Shown piece by piece: positions 26,596 to 36,359 of a stretch of DNA of 64,000 nucleotides. The notes beneath the pieces were generated by a model. It ran no database searches. It was not told the DNA's origin and was given only the letters and a program-made list of their open reading frames with translations. Each line of letters starts with the position of its first letter. The first letter of the stretch is position 1. Source of the DNA: Spirochaetota bacterium (lineage in GTDB: Bacteria; Spirochaetota; Spirochaetia; Treponematales; UBA12059); the NCBI GenBank assembly GCA_029560805.1, contig JAKQKE010000294.1, positions 416-64,415 on the forward strand. The letters run 5' to 3'. The position numbers and the translations under genes are program-made.

Positions 26596-27911
26596 GAGTC
26601 GTACCTCCTGGCCCCGACGCCGAGGCATAGTCCCACCCCTATGCAGATGCTCCACAGCGACGACCCGCCGTAAGACAGGAATAGGAGCGGTATGCCGGTG
26701 ATCGGCATAACCCCCATCGCCATGCCGGCGTTAATCATGAAATGGAAGAAGATGATGCCGAAGACGCCGGCGACGAACGAGCTGGAAGCCACGTCGCGCA
26801 GTTTGCGCATTGATAGCGCCAGACGCACGAGGATATAGAAGAAGAGCCCGAATATGACGATGCCGCCGATGAACCCGAGCTCCTCGGAGATGATGCTGAA
26901 GATGAAGTCGGTGCTCTGCTGAGGCAGGTAGCGATAATGGCTCTGAGTCCCCTGTAGGAAACCCTTGCCGGCGACGCCGCCCGAGCCTATGGCGGTGATG
27001 GACTGGAGTATGTTCCAGCCCGATCCGAGCGGGTCGATACTCGGGTCGAGGAATACGATCAGCCGCTTGACCTGGTAGTCCTTGAGGAGGCGCTGGCCGG
27101 CCAGTGAGAAGGCCAGGCCGAGCGAGCCGATAGCCGAACCGTAGGCCAGCCAGTAGTAGTAGCGCTTCTTGAAGAACCTGAAGCCGAGCAGCGAGAGCGC
27201 CGCCACCAAGACGAGCATGAGCAGTATGTAGTAGTCGTAGGGCTTCTCGTAGAAGATACGCAGGAAGATGGACTGCTCCGACGCGATGAGCGTCTGCCAG
27301 AGGGGCATCACGGTGAGCACGATACCGATGCTCCCGACGAGAATGAACGACAGGAGGTAGCGCTTATTGATTCCGCCGATGAAGGCCATGGCCAGATAGA
27401 GCGGCACGAACACGAGCGAGGTGCCGAAGTCGGGCTGCATCAGTATGAGGCCCATCGGTATCGCTATGATGGCGAACGATAGGGCGAAGCGCTTGATCGT
27501 CGACGCTTCGTGGACGCTACGGTCGAGGTAGCGAGCCAGGAACAGGGCCGAGGTTATCTTGACGAACTCGGAGGGTTGGATGCCGTAGTCGCCTATGATG
27601 CCTAGCCAGGAGCGCGCGCCATTCACGACCTTGCCGAAGGCCAGGGTATAGGCGAGCAGGGCCAGGGAGAGCCCGTAGACGATCGGTATATAGTCGGAGA
27701 CGCGCTTGAGGTCAACGAGCGAGCACGCGACCAGCAAGGCCAGGCCCGTGGCGGCCCACACAATCTGCTTTGCGTACTCGGTCGAGACGAGGTCTCCGGC
27801 GCTCGTCACTCCGGACGAATAGATGAACAGTACGCCGATGACCATCAGTATCACAATAGCTATCGGTATGGTCCAGTCCATGGACGAAAACAGCTTCCTA
27901 ATCGACGCCAT
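26592..27911 (-). CDS. rodA: SEDS peptidoglycan glycosyltransferase RodA
   Basis: Track ORF trimmed to ATG 27911 (MASIRKLFSSMDWTIPIAI...), which overlaps the mrdA stop (TGATG). About ten TM segments. SEDS motifs such as QPSEFVKI and LPITGIPLLFLSYGGSS. Confidence 0.9.
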   Translation of the reverse strand: MASIRKLFSSMDWTIPIAIVILMVIGVLFIYSSGVTSAGDLVSTEYAKQIVWAATGLALLVACSLVDLKRVSDYIPIVYGLSLALLAYTLAFGKVVNGARSWLGIIGDYGIQPSEFVKITSALFLARYLDRSVHEASTIKRFALSFAIIAIPMGLILMQPDFGTSLVFVPLYLAMAFIGGINKRYLLSFILVGSIGIVLTVMPLWQTLIASEQSIFLRIFYEKPYDYYILLMLVLVAALSLLGFRFFKKRYYYWLAYGSAIGSLGLAFSLAGQRLLKDYQVKRLIVFLDPSIDPLGSGWNILQSITAIGSGGVAGKGFLQGTQSHYRYLPQQSTDFIFSIISEELGFIGGIVIFGLFFYILVRLALSMRKLRDVASSSFVAGVFGIIFFHFMINAGMAMGVMPITGIPLLFLSYGGSSLWSICIGVGLCLGVGARRYDS

Positions 27912-29785
27912 CACTCCATCCTCTGCCCTATCGGCATCGAGCGGCCGAGCAGGCCTAGCTGGGCCGCTGCCTCTTCGTAGGTCTGCCCGGCGAAATAGCC
28001 CTGGAATACGAGGTTCGTCGCGTAGGGCGCCCACCATTCCCAGGGGTTGGCCGCCTCTATCATGGCGACGACGACGATGACGTCGTCGGGATCGGCGGCG
28101 TCGACCGGTCCGTACCCGACGAACCAGGAGTGCCATCGGTCGGCCAGACCCACCTCGGCCGTCCCCGTCTTACCGGCTACCGTGACCGCCTTGGTGTTGA
28201 CCGGATAGCGCGCCGTGCCCTCGGTTATGACGCCGCGCAAGTATTCCTTCGTTGTCTTGAAGGTCTCCTTGGAAATGCTCGAAGCGGTAAGCACCTCGGG
28301 CACGACGCGGGTAACGATGGACCCGTCGCGCGGGTCGCGCACCTCTTTGAGGAGGTGCGGCCTGTAGATGACGCCGTCATTGACCACCATGGCCATCATG
28401 TCGGCCAGCTGGAGCGGCGTCGTCTGCATGAAGCCCTGTCCGATGGCCAGGTTCAGCGTGTCGCCGCCGAGCCACTTCTCATGGAAGCGGCGCTCCTTCC
28501 ATTGCGGGGTCGGTACGAAGCCCCCGACCTCGCCGGGAAGGTCTATGCCGGTCGCCTGCCCGAAGCCGAATTCCATCGCGTAGGATACGACGCGTTCGAT
28601 GCCGAGGCGGTCGCGCCCCACCTCCCAGAAGTACACGTCGCACGACTCGGCCAGGGCCCCGGCCAGGTCGAGCGGGCCGTGGCCCGGCTTGCGTATGTGG
28701 CAGCGGAAGACGCGGTCGCCGTAGCTGATCTCCCCATGGCAGACGATCTTCTCGTCGAGCGGGATGGCCTTCTCCTCGATGATGGCGGCGGTCATGATAG
28801 TCTTGAAGGTCGAGGCGGGTGGATAGTTAGACTGGATGGTCCGCTGGATGAGCGGCGTTCTCGGGTCGTTGAGCAGCCTGGCGTACTCGTTGTTGCCGCC
28901 CTTCTCTACTATGAGGTTGGCATTGAAGGACGGATAGGAGACGAGGGCGAGTATCTCCCCGGTGGCCGGCTTCAGGACGACGATGGAGCCGATGCGCTCC
29001 CCGAGCGACTTCTCGGCCAGTATCTGAGTGGCGCGGTCGATGGTCAAGACGACGTTTTTACCCATCATCGGCGGGTCGACGTCGCGAAGCTCAGCGTCGA
29101 CGCGGCGCCCGCGCACGTCGACGGTCTTGTACTGGCGTCCATCGGTACCGCGCAGCAGGCTGTCGTACTGACGCTCGATGCCGGCCTTGCCGATGATGTC
29201 TCCGGCCTGATAACCGCGGTTGTAGTATAGCTTGAGCTCATCGCGCGATATGTCGCCGACATAGCCTATGATATGGGAGAAGCTACCTGTCTCCAGGTAA
29301 TTGCGCTTGGGCCGCGAGTACCACGAGACGCCGGGAAACTCGTCGATGCGCTCGGATATGCGGACGATCACGTCCTGGCCCACGGACGATGCTACCTCTA
29401 TCTGCTGGAACAGCCTGTAGTACGAGGGCGGGATACGCCGCCTGATCTCGTCTATCGGCTCTTCGAGCACGGACGCGAGCTTGGCGAAGACGGTATCGCG
29501 CAGGTCCGCCGGAATCTCGGCGGGAACGACGACGAGCGCGAACGAGTCGACGTTCAACACGAGCGGCAGGTTGTAGTTGCGGTCGTATATCTCGCCGCGC
29601 TGGGCCGGCAAGCGCTCGATCTTCCTGGCTATCGTGACGGCCTTCTTCTGGTACTCGCCGCCGCGTATGACCTGCAGGTAGAAGAGGTGCGACGAGTACG
29701 CGACGAACACGACGGCCGCGAGGGCTATCAGCAACGCTACGCGGACGGGCTCGTTCCGGCGGCCCGAGGTGATATGGTCGCCCAT
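27911..29785 (-). CDS. mrdA: Penicillin-binding protein 2 (elongasome transpeptidase)
   Basis: Trimmed to ATG 29785 (MGDHITSGRRNEPVRVALLI...), 1 nt after the mreD stop. Motifs STFK (PPASTFKTI), SxN-like and KTGT (AGKTGTAE). Confidence 0.9.
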   Translation of the reverse strand: MGDHITSGRRNEPVRVALLIALAAVVFVAYSSHLFYLQVIRGGEYQKKAVTIARKIERLPAQRGEIYDRNYNLPLVLNVDSFALVVVPAEIPADLRDTVFAKLASVLEEPIDEIRRRIPPSYYRLFQQIEVASSVGQDVIVRISERIDEFPGVSWYSRPKRNYLETGSFSHIIGYVGDISRDELKLYYNRGYQAGDIIGKAGIERQYDSLLRGTDGRQYKTVDVRGRRVDAELRDVDPPMMGKNVVLTIDRATQILAEKSLGERIGSIVVLKPATGEILALVSYPSFNANLIVEKGGNNEYARLLNDPRTPLIQRTIQSNYPPASTFKTIMTAAIIEEKAIPLDEKIVCHGEISYGDRVFRCHIRKPGHGPLDLAGALAESCDVYFWEVGRDRLGIERVVSYAMEFGFGQATGIDLPGEVGGFVPTPQWKERRFHEKWLGGDTLNLAIGQGFMQTTPLQLADMMAMVVNDGVIYRPHLLKEVRDPRDGSIVTRVVPEVLTASSISKETFKTTKEYLRGVITEGTARYPVNTKAVTVAGKTGTAEVGLADRWHSWFVGYGPVDAADPDDVIVVVAMIEAANPWEWWAPYATNLVFQGYFAGQTYEEAAAQLGLLGRSMPIGQRME

Positions 29786-29786
29786 A

Positions 29787-30290
29787 CTATCGGGCGTCCC
29801 GGGGCACGATGAAGCGGTCGAGGAATCCGAGTAGCATGAACATGAACGGCGCGACAACAGCGTTATAGGCCGCCTCGATCCAGAGAGTCGATCCGAGGAA
29901 ATCGTAACCGGTTATCTTGCCCGAGAACAGCGATGCTAGGACCGCGAGGTACGCCGCCTTGGCGAGGGTCATCGAGAAACCGAAGAGAGCCGGCATGAGC
30001 AGGCGGTCTATATAGAATTTGCCCGATAGCAGATTGGCCAGCCAGGCCACGGCCGTTTTCACGAACGCGTTGAGACCGAACGGCGCGGCGCTTATGCCGT
30101 CCTGGAGGAGGCCGGCGACGAAGCCGACGCCCTGGCCCTGCAGGTTCGGGCTCTTGAAGGCTATATATACGACGGCGATCAACGACAAGTCGGGCAGTAC
30201 CGAGTAGACGGCTATGACCCCCAGCCAGGTCGACTGCACGACTATGAGGAGTGAGACAAGGGCGAGCGAAGCGAGCCACCTTCGTATCAT
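29787..30290 (-). CDS. mreD: Rod shape-determining protein MreD
   Basis: 167 aa polytopic membrane protein. ATGA overlap with mreC and the expected operon position. Confidence 0.85.
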   Translation of the reverse strand: MIRRWLASLALVSLLIVVQSTWLGVIAVYSVLPDLSLIAVVYIAFKSPNLQGQGVGFVAGLLQDGISAAPFGLNAFVKTAVAWLANLLSGKFYIDRLLMPALFGFSMTLAKAAYLAVLASLFSGKITGYDFLGSTLWIEAAYNAVVAPFMFMLLGFLDRFIVPRDAR

Positions 30291-31159
30291 CTATCGCTCT
30301 CCGCGCTTCCCGCGCTATCGGGTCTGTTCTGCTGGACGACGAATACGTACTCGATGCGGCCGAAGTCGATCAGGGGCTCCATACCGAGCTCGAGCGACGT
30401 CAGGTAGTCGAGGTCCCGCATCATCGTGACCCGGCCGACGCCGATGCCCGGCGGGTACAGGGATTGCATGCCGCTCGTAACTACCAGGTCACCGTACTGT
30501 ATCTCGTCCTTAGCGCGCTTCTTAACGTAGCGTACGATGATCGGCGCCTCGTCCGAGCCGGAGCCTACGGCTATACCGTCGTAGCGCGATCGCTCCAGCT
30601 TGACGGCCACGTACGCGGAGCTGTCGTAGATGGGAGAGACGACACAGCTGGTGCGCCCCACCTCTATGACCCTGCCAACGAGGCCTTCGGCGCCGTCCTG
30701 GTAGGCTACGACCGCCTGGTTCTTGGCTATGCCGTTCGTAGAGCCCTTATCGAGCACGAAGGTTGAGTACAGGTTTTCAGGATCGCGCGCGATTATCTTG
30801 GCCGAAATGGCTACGTACGCGGAGTCGTTCTTGAAGCCGAGCTGCTCGCGCAGTCTCTCGTTCTCGCGTTTCAGGTCCGTATAACTGCGCTCGACCGTGC
30901 TGAGCGTCTCGAGCCTGGCCAGGAGGTCGTCGTAGTTCTTCTCGAGTCGGCGTAGCTCGGCGATGCTGTTGACCGTATCGGAGACGAACGTTCCGACGCT
31001 GTCGAAGCCGCGCTGCACAAAGGAGAGCACCGATAAGCCAACGCGCTCCGGCATACCCGCGAGGCTACGAGTCGAGACGACGAGCGTGATAAGCGAGACG
31101 GCCATGAAGAGCGCGGAACCGATCGCGCGCCGCGGGGCTCGCCGTTCGCGTGCTGCCAT
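30287..31159 (-). CDS. mreC: Rod shape-determining protein MreC
   Basis: Trimmed to ATG 31159 (MAARERRAPRRAIGSALFMAVSL...). Coiled-coil followed by a beta-barrel region (GLVGRVIEV, VVTSG....YPPGIGVG). Confidence 0.85.
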   Translation of the reverse strand: MAARERRAPRRAIGSALFMAVSLITLVVSTRSLAGMPERVGLSVLSFVQRGFDSVGTFVSDTVNSIAELRRLEKNYDDLLARLETLSTVERSYTDLKRENERLREQLGFKNDSAYVAISAKIIARDPENLYSTFVLDKGSTNGIAKNQAVVAYQDGAEGLVGRVIEVGRTSCVVSPIYDSSAYVAVKLERSRYDGIAVGSGSDEAPIIVRYVKKRAKDEIQYGDLVVTSGMQSLYPPGIGVGRVTMMRDLDYLTSLELGMEPLIDFGRIEYVFVVQQNRPDSAGSAESDR

Positions 31160-31164
31160 GCCCG

Positions 31165-32208
31165 TTATAGGTTCATCGAAGCGGCGGAGCCGAAGGCGAC
31201 GTCTACGTCGGCGATGGCTTCGAAGTACTTGCCTGCGCCTATGGCAACGCACTCGAGGGGGCGTTCGGCCAGTATGACCGGGACGCCGGTCTCCTTGGCT
31301 ATCAGGCGCGGCAGTCCCTTGAGGAGCGATCCGCCGCCGGCCATTACGATGCCCCGCTCGACGATGTCGGCGGCCAGCTCGGGCGGGGTCTGGCCGAGCG
31401 TCTTCTTGATTTCCTCGACGATCTGGTTGACAGGCTCCTGGAGCGCCTCGCGCACCTCGACCGAGTCGATCTCGAGCCTACGAGGCAGGCCGGTTATGGC
31501 GTCGGTACCCTTGATCTCGACCTTCTCGATAACCTTGTCGGGGCTGGCGTTGCCTATCTCGATCTTGAGCCTCTCGGCCGTCTGCTCGCCGATGATCAGG
31601 TTGTGAGCGGCGCGGATATGCTTGATGATGGCCTCGTCGAATTCGTCACCGCCGATGCGTATCGCGTTCGTCACCACGAGATCCTTGAGGGAGATGACCG
31701 ATATCTCGGTGGTACCGCCGCCGATGTCGCATATCATATGGCCGGCCGGCTCGTGTATCGGAATGTCCGAGCCGATGGCGGCCGCAAGCGACTCGGGCAG
31801 AACCTCGACTTCGCGAGCGCCGGCCTTGTAGGCCGCCTCGACGACCGCGCGTCGCTCCACCTCGGTGATGCAGGTCGGGATACCGATGACCATGCGCGGC
31901 TTGATGAACCAGCGCCTCGGGATGACCTTCTGGATGAAGTACTTGATCATCTTCTCAGTGGTGTCGGGATCGGCGATGACTCCGTCGCGTAGCGGGCGGA
32001 TGGCTATGATGTTTCCAGGGGTCTTCCACAGCATCTTCTTGGCGTCGGAGCCTACCGCTATGACGCGCTTCGTGCCGCGCTCCACGGCGACGACCGACGG
32101 CTCGTTGATGACTATGCCCTTGCCTCGCACATAAACGAGCGTATTGCAGGTGCCGAGATCGATTCCTATATCCATCGACAGCGAGTCAAAGAACTTGCGT
32201 TTCGCCAT
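31165..32208 (-). CDS. mreB: Actin-like rod shape protein MreB
   Basis: [36 protein letters not shown]. Confidence 0.95.
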   Translation of the reverse strand: MAKRKFFDSLSMDIGIDLGTCNTLVYVRGKGIVINEPSVVAVERGTKRVIAVGSDAKKMLWKTPGNIIAIRPLRDGVIADPDTTEKMIKYFIQKVIPRRWFIKPRMVIGIPTCITEVERRAVVEAAYKAGAREVEVLPESLAAAIGSDIPIHEPAGHMICDIGGGTTEISVISLKDLVVTNAIRIGGDEFDEAIIKHIRAAHNLIIGEQTAERLKIEIGNASPDKVIEKVEIKGTDAITGLPRRLEIDSVEVREALQEPVNQIVEEIKKTLGQTPPELAADIVERGIVMAGGGSLLKGLPRLIAKETGVPVILAERPLECVAIGAGKYFEAIADVDVAFGSAASMNL

Positions 32209-32236
32209 TATATGCGCTCCTTACTGCGGTTATCCA

Positions 32237-33202
32237 TCACGAACGTTCTGATAGTTTCTGCCGAGCCGCGGTGTGCATCGGGTCTATGGACACGGCCTTG
32301 CGCCACGCGGCCCTCGCCTTGATCGGGTCGCCGGCCTCGCTATAGACGAGTCCCTCGTAGAACCAGGCGTCGGCCGACTCGCCGTTCAGGGCCTTGATCG
32401 CCTCGTACTGCGCTAGCGCGTCGTCCGGGCGGCCGTTTCCGCGGTAGATGTCGGCCAACAGGAAGCGGCCACGCTCGGCCAGGAAATCGTCGCTCGTCGA
32501 TTCGAGGGCGGCTGCGGCGAGCCGTTCGCCCTTCGCGGCGTCGCCGGCTTCGACGAAGGCCGCCGCCGCGGCCAGGGACAGCTCGGGCGAGTCTGGCTTG
32601 AGCTCGACGGCCTTATCGAAGTACTGGAGGCTCTCGGCCAGGCGTCCGGCGCCGCGCGCGGCCAGGGCCAGGTACTCCCAGGTATCGGCCTGATAGTAAC
32701 CGAAAGACGTCGATTCGTTCAGGAAGTCTATGGCCTCGTTATAGTAATCGACGCCCTTGTGATAGTAGGCCTTGCCGAGCACATACGCCGCTTCGGGGCG
32801 CAAAGGTAGCTTGGGCGAAATGAGCGCCTTGCGGATCGAGAAAATAGCCTCGTCCATCTTGACCCCGCGTAGCTCACCGTCGGTCTCGGCCAGGCCCAGG
32901 TAGAAGGACGCGAATCCATCGAAAAGCAGATAGAACGGATCGAGGGGGGCGACAGATAGCGACGCCTCGCAGGCCTGGGCGACCGCTAGATAATCCTTGG
33001 AGGCCCAGAGGGCGAGGACGTCCTGTTGGCTAACCTTAGGCGACGAGCGCGCCGTCGCGATGGCCGATACGCACAAGGATACGCCTACGGCGGTGGCCGT
33101 TACGCCGAGCATGACTGCCAAGCCTATGACCAACCTGCGACGCCTGCGCTTCCGTAGATATGGGTCGGTAGTTCTGGCGGTGCCGAAGGATGTATCGTTC
33201 AT
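32237..33202 (-). CDS. Membrane-anchored TPR repeat protein (first gene of the mre operon)
   Basis: N-terminal TM helix plus several 34-residue TPR-like repeats (AWFYEGLVYSEAGDPIKARAAWRKAVSIDP). Confidence 0.75.
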   Translation of the reverse strand: MNDTSFGTARTTDPYLRKRRRRRLVIGLAVMLGVTATAVGVSLCVSAIATARSSPKVSQQDVLALWASKDYLAVAQACEASLSVAPLDPFYLLFDGFASFYLGLAETDGELRGVKMDEAIFSIRKALISPKLPLRPEAAYVLGKAYYHKGVDYYNEAIDFLNESTSFGYYQADTWEYLALAARGAGRLAESLQYFDKAVELKPDSPELSLAAAAAFVEAGDAAKGERLAAAALESTSDDFLAERGRFLLADIYRGNGRPDDALAQYEAIKALNGESADAWFYEGLVYSEAGDPIKARAAWRKAVSIDPMHTAARQKLSERS

Positions 33203-33257
33203 ACTACTCGGTTCGTTGTATCACGCCAGCGCCGCTATAGTCAATTAAAGCAAAAAA

Positions 33258-33656
33258 AGGGACGAACCTATAAGCCGGGTTCTGTACCGCTTTCGCGGCG
33301 GCCGCCATCCATCTGCGCCGGGGATCGCTCCCCTGGCTTCCGCGACCTACCCACGGAGTGTCGCCTCGACCTCGCGGTCGAGGCGCGGCGCGAGCCGCGC
33401 CTCCGTTGTTCGGCCTTGCTCGCGACGAGGCTTGCCGTGCCGTTCGCGTCGCCGCGAACGCGGTGGGCTCTTACCCCACCTTTTCACCCTTACCCGCGCC
33501 TTTCGGCGCCGGCGGTTCGCTTTCTGTTGCGCTATCTGTCGCGCGGCCGTCACCGGCCGCGCTCCCGGTCGTTAACCGGCGTCGCGCCCTATCGAGCCCG
33601 GACTTTCCTCCGCGCCAGCCCGGGGGCTAACGCGGCGGCGGCCCGGTCCGTCCCTA
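33258..33656 (-). ncRNA. rnpB: RNase P RNA, bacterial type A
   Basis: The minus-strand read contains GGAGGAAAGUCCGGGCUC, ACAGAAAGC, GGUAAGGGUGAAAAGGUGGGGUAAGAGCCCACC, AGAUGGAUGG and ACAGAACCCGGCUUAU. P1 pairs GGGACGGACC (33654..33645) with GGUUCGUCCC (33267..33258) and is followed by U7. Confidence 0.9.
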
Positions 33657-33663
33657 TACTACC

Positions 33664-34521
33664 CTAGTCGTCCGAGTCCGGCATCGAATCCTTGTCGGAC
33701 TCGTCGTCGGACTCGTCATCGTACTCCTCGTCGGACTCATCGCCGAAATCGTCCAGATCGGCCAGAGAGCCGGATTCTATATCGACGATCATGTCTTCCT
33801 GCGACTCGTCGCCTTCCTGATAGAACAGCACGCGAGAACAGTACGGGCAGAATACGATCTTATCGCTCTGCCTGACCTCGTTGACGAACTGGGCCGGCAG
33901 TATCATCGAGCATCCGGAGCATACGACGCCCTTGACGGGTACGATACCGACGCCCTGCTTCGACTTGATGATGCGCTCGAATTTGAACACGACCTCCGGG
34001 TCTATTTCAGCGGTGGTCTTGGCCTCGTCACGCTTGAGCTTCTCGACCTTGGCGGACATCGAAGCGGCCTCGTTCGTGATACGCTCACGCTTCTCGGCAA
34101 TCTCGGCCTCCTGGGATGAGATCAGGGTCTCGCTGGCGCGTACCTCGACCTCCGCCTCGCGGAGGTTCTCTTCCTCGCGCTTCAGATCCTTACGCAGCTG
34201 GTCTTCCTTGAGACCGGCCTCGGTGATCTCCTTGTTCAGGGCCTCGAATTCGCGCGGGTTCGTGATGGAGTCCATCTGCTGCTCGGACTTGTCCTTGTGG
34301 GCTACAACGTCCGCCAGCTCGGCGCGAAGCTGGCCGACCCTGGACTGCGTCTCCTCGAGGCGCAAGCTCCTGTCACCGTAGCTCTTCCGGGCTCTCGTGA
34401 GCACCTCTTCCTGGGCCGCTATGGACTTGGGGAGTTCGCGTACGTCCTTTTCGATGGCGACGCGCTCCATGAGGAGCTCCTGAAACGTTCGTAGCCTCTC
34501 GAAAAGCTCTTCCATCAGCAT
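33664..34521 (-). CDS. COG1579/DUF164-type coiled-coil zinc-ribbon protein (HP0958-like) with an acidic tail
   Basis: Long coiled-coil, then CSGCSMILP...FCPYCSRVLF (C4 ribbon). The C-terminus is an Asp/Glu/Ser-rich tail. Confidence 0.8.
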   Translation of the reverse strand: MLMEELFERLRTFQELLMERVAIEKDVRELPKSIAAQEEVLTRARKSYGDRSLRLEETQSRVGQLRAELADVVAHKDKSEQQMDSITNPREFEALNKEITEAGLKEDQLRKDLKREEENLREAEVEVRASETLISSQEAEIAEKRERITNEAASMSAKVEKLKRDEAKTTAEIDPEVVFKFERIIKSKQGVGIVPVKGVVCSGCSMILPAQFVNEVRQSDKIVFCPYCSRVLFYQEGDESQEDMIVDIESGSLADLDDFGDESDEEYDDESDDESDKDSMPDSDD

Positions 34522-34563
34522 ATGTTTTCACCTCGTCCTGGATAATTTCGCAAGTAACGCGGG

Positions 34564-34593
34564 ATTATAGCACGCGGGGCGCGCGGAGATCAA
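34564..34593 (-). promoter_or_regulatory. Sigma-70 promoter (TTGATC, 18 nt spacer, TATAAT) for the zinc-ribbon gene and rnpB
   Basis: Perfect -10 hexamer on the minus strand, in the rpoD to zinc-ribbon intergenic region. Confidence 0.5.
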
Positions 34594-34610
34594 CGACGCG
34601 CTCGCGACGA

Positions 34611-36359
34611 CTAGTGGTCGACGTAGTCTCGTAGTTTCTGGCTACGCTTGAAGTGCCGGAGCTTCTTGAGCGCCTTGGCCTCGATCTGGCGTATGCGCTC
34701 GCGCGTCACGTTGAAGTACAGACCGACTTCCTCGAGGGTCAGGGAGTATCCGTCGTCGAGGCCGAAGCGCATACGCAGTACCTCCTGCTCGCGCGGGGGC
34801 AACGTCGACAGGACCGAGCGTATCTGCTCCTGAAGCAGCTTGTAGTCGGTCTGCACGCTCGGGTTCTCTATCTCCTTGTCCTCGATGAAGTCACCGAGCA
34901 GGCTATCTTCGTCCTCGCCTATCGGCGTCTCGAGGCTTATGGGCTCCCGGGCCACGTTCTTGACGCTCTTGACGCGCGAAACCGGCCAGCCTAGCTGCTG
35001 GGCAACTTCCTCGTCGCTCGGCTCGCGGCCGAGCTTCTGCATCAGCTGGCGGGACTCGCGCACGACTTTGTTGATCTGCTCGATCATATGCACCGGCACG
35101 CGTATCGTCCTGGCCTGGTCGCTGATCGACCGGGTTATGGCCTGGCGTATCCACCAGGTCGCGTAGGTGGAGAACTTGTAGCCCTTGCGGTATTCGAATT
35201 TCTCCACCGCCTTGATGAGCCCGATGTTGCCTTCCTGGACGAGGTCGAAGAAGTGGAGACCGCGGTTCGTGTACTTCTTGGCGATGGACACGACCAGCCG
35301 CAGGTTGGCCTTGATCAACCTATCCTTGGCGTTCTTCATCATGTTGCGGCCGCGGTTGATCTCCTTGGCCATCGTGATGATGACGTCGCAGTCGTTCTCG
35401 AACGAGTACTCGAGCTCCTCGAGCTTCTTCTCGGTGACCTGGATCTGCCTGATGCGCTCCTTGATCTCGTCGGAGCTGATGCCGAGGTCCGACTCGATCT
35501 GTTCCCTGCGCTCCTTGAGAGTCAGGTTCCTGCCGAGCACGCGTAGCTCGCGCAGGTTATCGACTTGGAGCGTACGTTCGAGCCTATCCTGCTCCCGGCG
35601 GTACTTCTTGATGCGCTTGGCAGCGTTGATGAACTTCTCCGAGAAGGAGTTGATTTCCTCGGGATGCAGGTCGGCCTCGCCGAGGCGATCCAGCAGGTTG
35701 TCGCGTACCTGTATGAGGTTCTCGTCGGATTTCACGTCACCGCCACGGGAGGCGATGCGCCGCTTCGACTCCATATACGACTTGAGGTCGACCTGGGTGT
35801 CGCGGAGTACATCTCGGTAGAACTGGTTGAGCCTGCGTCGTTCGGCGATGCGCTCCGAATTCTCTTTGCGTTGCTGCGAACCGGCTTCGCGCTTGGCCTT
35901 GACGGATATCTGGAAGAACTCGGGTATCAGCATGCCGCTCTTCTTGATGATCCCCTTGATGATGTTCTCGCCTTCCTCCATCTGCTTGGATAGCTCGACC
36001 TCCTGTTCGGCGGTCAGGAGGTTTTTCTTGCCTATCTCGCGGAGGTACAGCCGGATAGGATCGTCGACGGCGCTCTCCTTGTCGTTGTAGACGAGGCGCT
36101 TCTTCTCCTTGGTCGAGGAGGCTTCGGGCTCGGTCTCCGCCTCATGCTCCTTGGGCTCCGCCGGCTCCTCCATCTGGAGGTCTTCTTCCTCGAGCTGCAC
36201 GTTATTGCTCTCGAGAAGCGCCAGCACGCCGTCTATCTTATCCGAATTCAGGTAATCCTCGGGCAGGAAGTCCGACAGCTCGTCGAAGCTGATCGTCTTC
36301 TTGGCCTTCGCGTATTCGAGTAGTTTCGCTATCGCCGGATCGAGTTCAAGGTCGCCCAT
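34611..36359 (-). CDS. rpoD: RNA polymerase primary sigma factor
   Basis: Regions 1.1 to 4 are present. Motifs include [41 protein letters not shown] and [20 protein letters not shown]. Confidence 0.95.
   Translation of the reverse strand: MGDLELDPAIAKLLEYAKAKKTISFDELSDFLPEDYLNSDKIDGVLALLESNNVQLEEEDLQMEEPAEPKEHEAETEPEASSTKEKKRLVYNDKESAVDDPIRLYLREIGKKNLLTAEQEVELSKQMEEGENIIKGIIKKSGMLIPEFFQISVKAKREAGSQQRKENSERIAERRRLNQFYRDVLRDTQVDLKSYMESKRRIASRGGDVKSDENLIQVRDNLLDRLGEADLHPEEINSFSEKFINAAKRIKKYRREQDRLERTLQVDNLRELRVLGRNLTLKERREQIESDLGISSDEIKERIRQIQVTEKKLEELEYSFENDCDVIITMAKEINRGRNMMKNAKDRLIKANLRLVVSIAKKYTNRGLHFFDLVQEGNIGLIKAVEKFEYRKGYKFSTYATWWIRQAITRSISDQARTIRVPVHMIEQINKVVRESRQLMQKLGREPSDEEVAQQLGWPVSRVKSVKNVAREPISLETPIGEDEDSLLGDFIEDKEIENPSVQTDYKLLQEQIRSVLSTLPPREQEVLRMRFGLDDGYSLTLEEVGLYFNVTRERIRQIEAKALKKLRHFKRSQKLRDYVDH

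Noticed and set aside
33347-33667. ORFs 33347..33553 (-), 33358..33630 (+) and 33416..33667 (+).
   Set aside because: They lie entirely inside the RNase P RNA gene.
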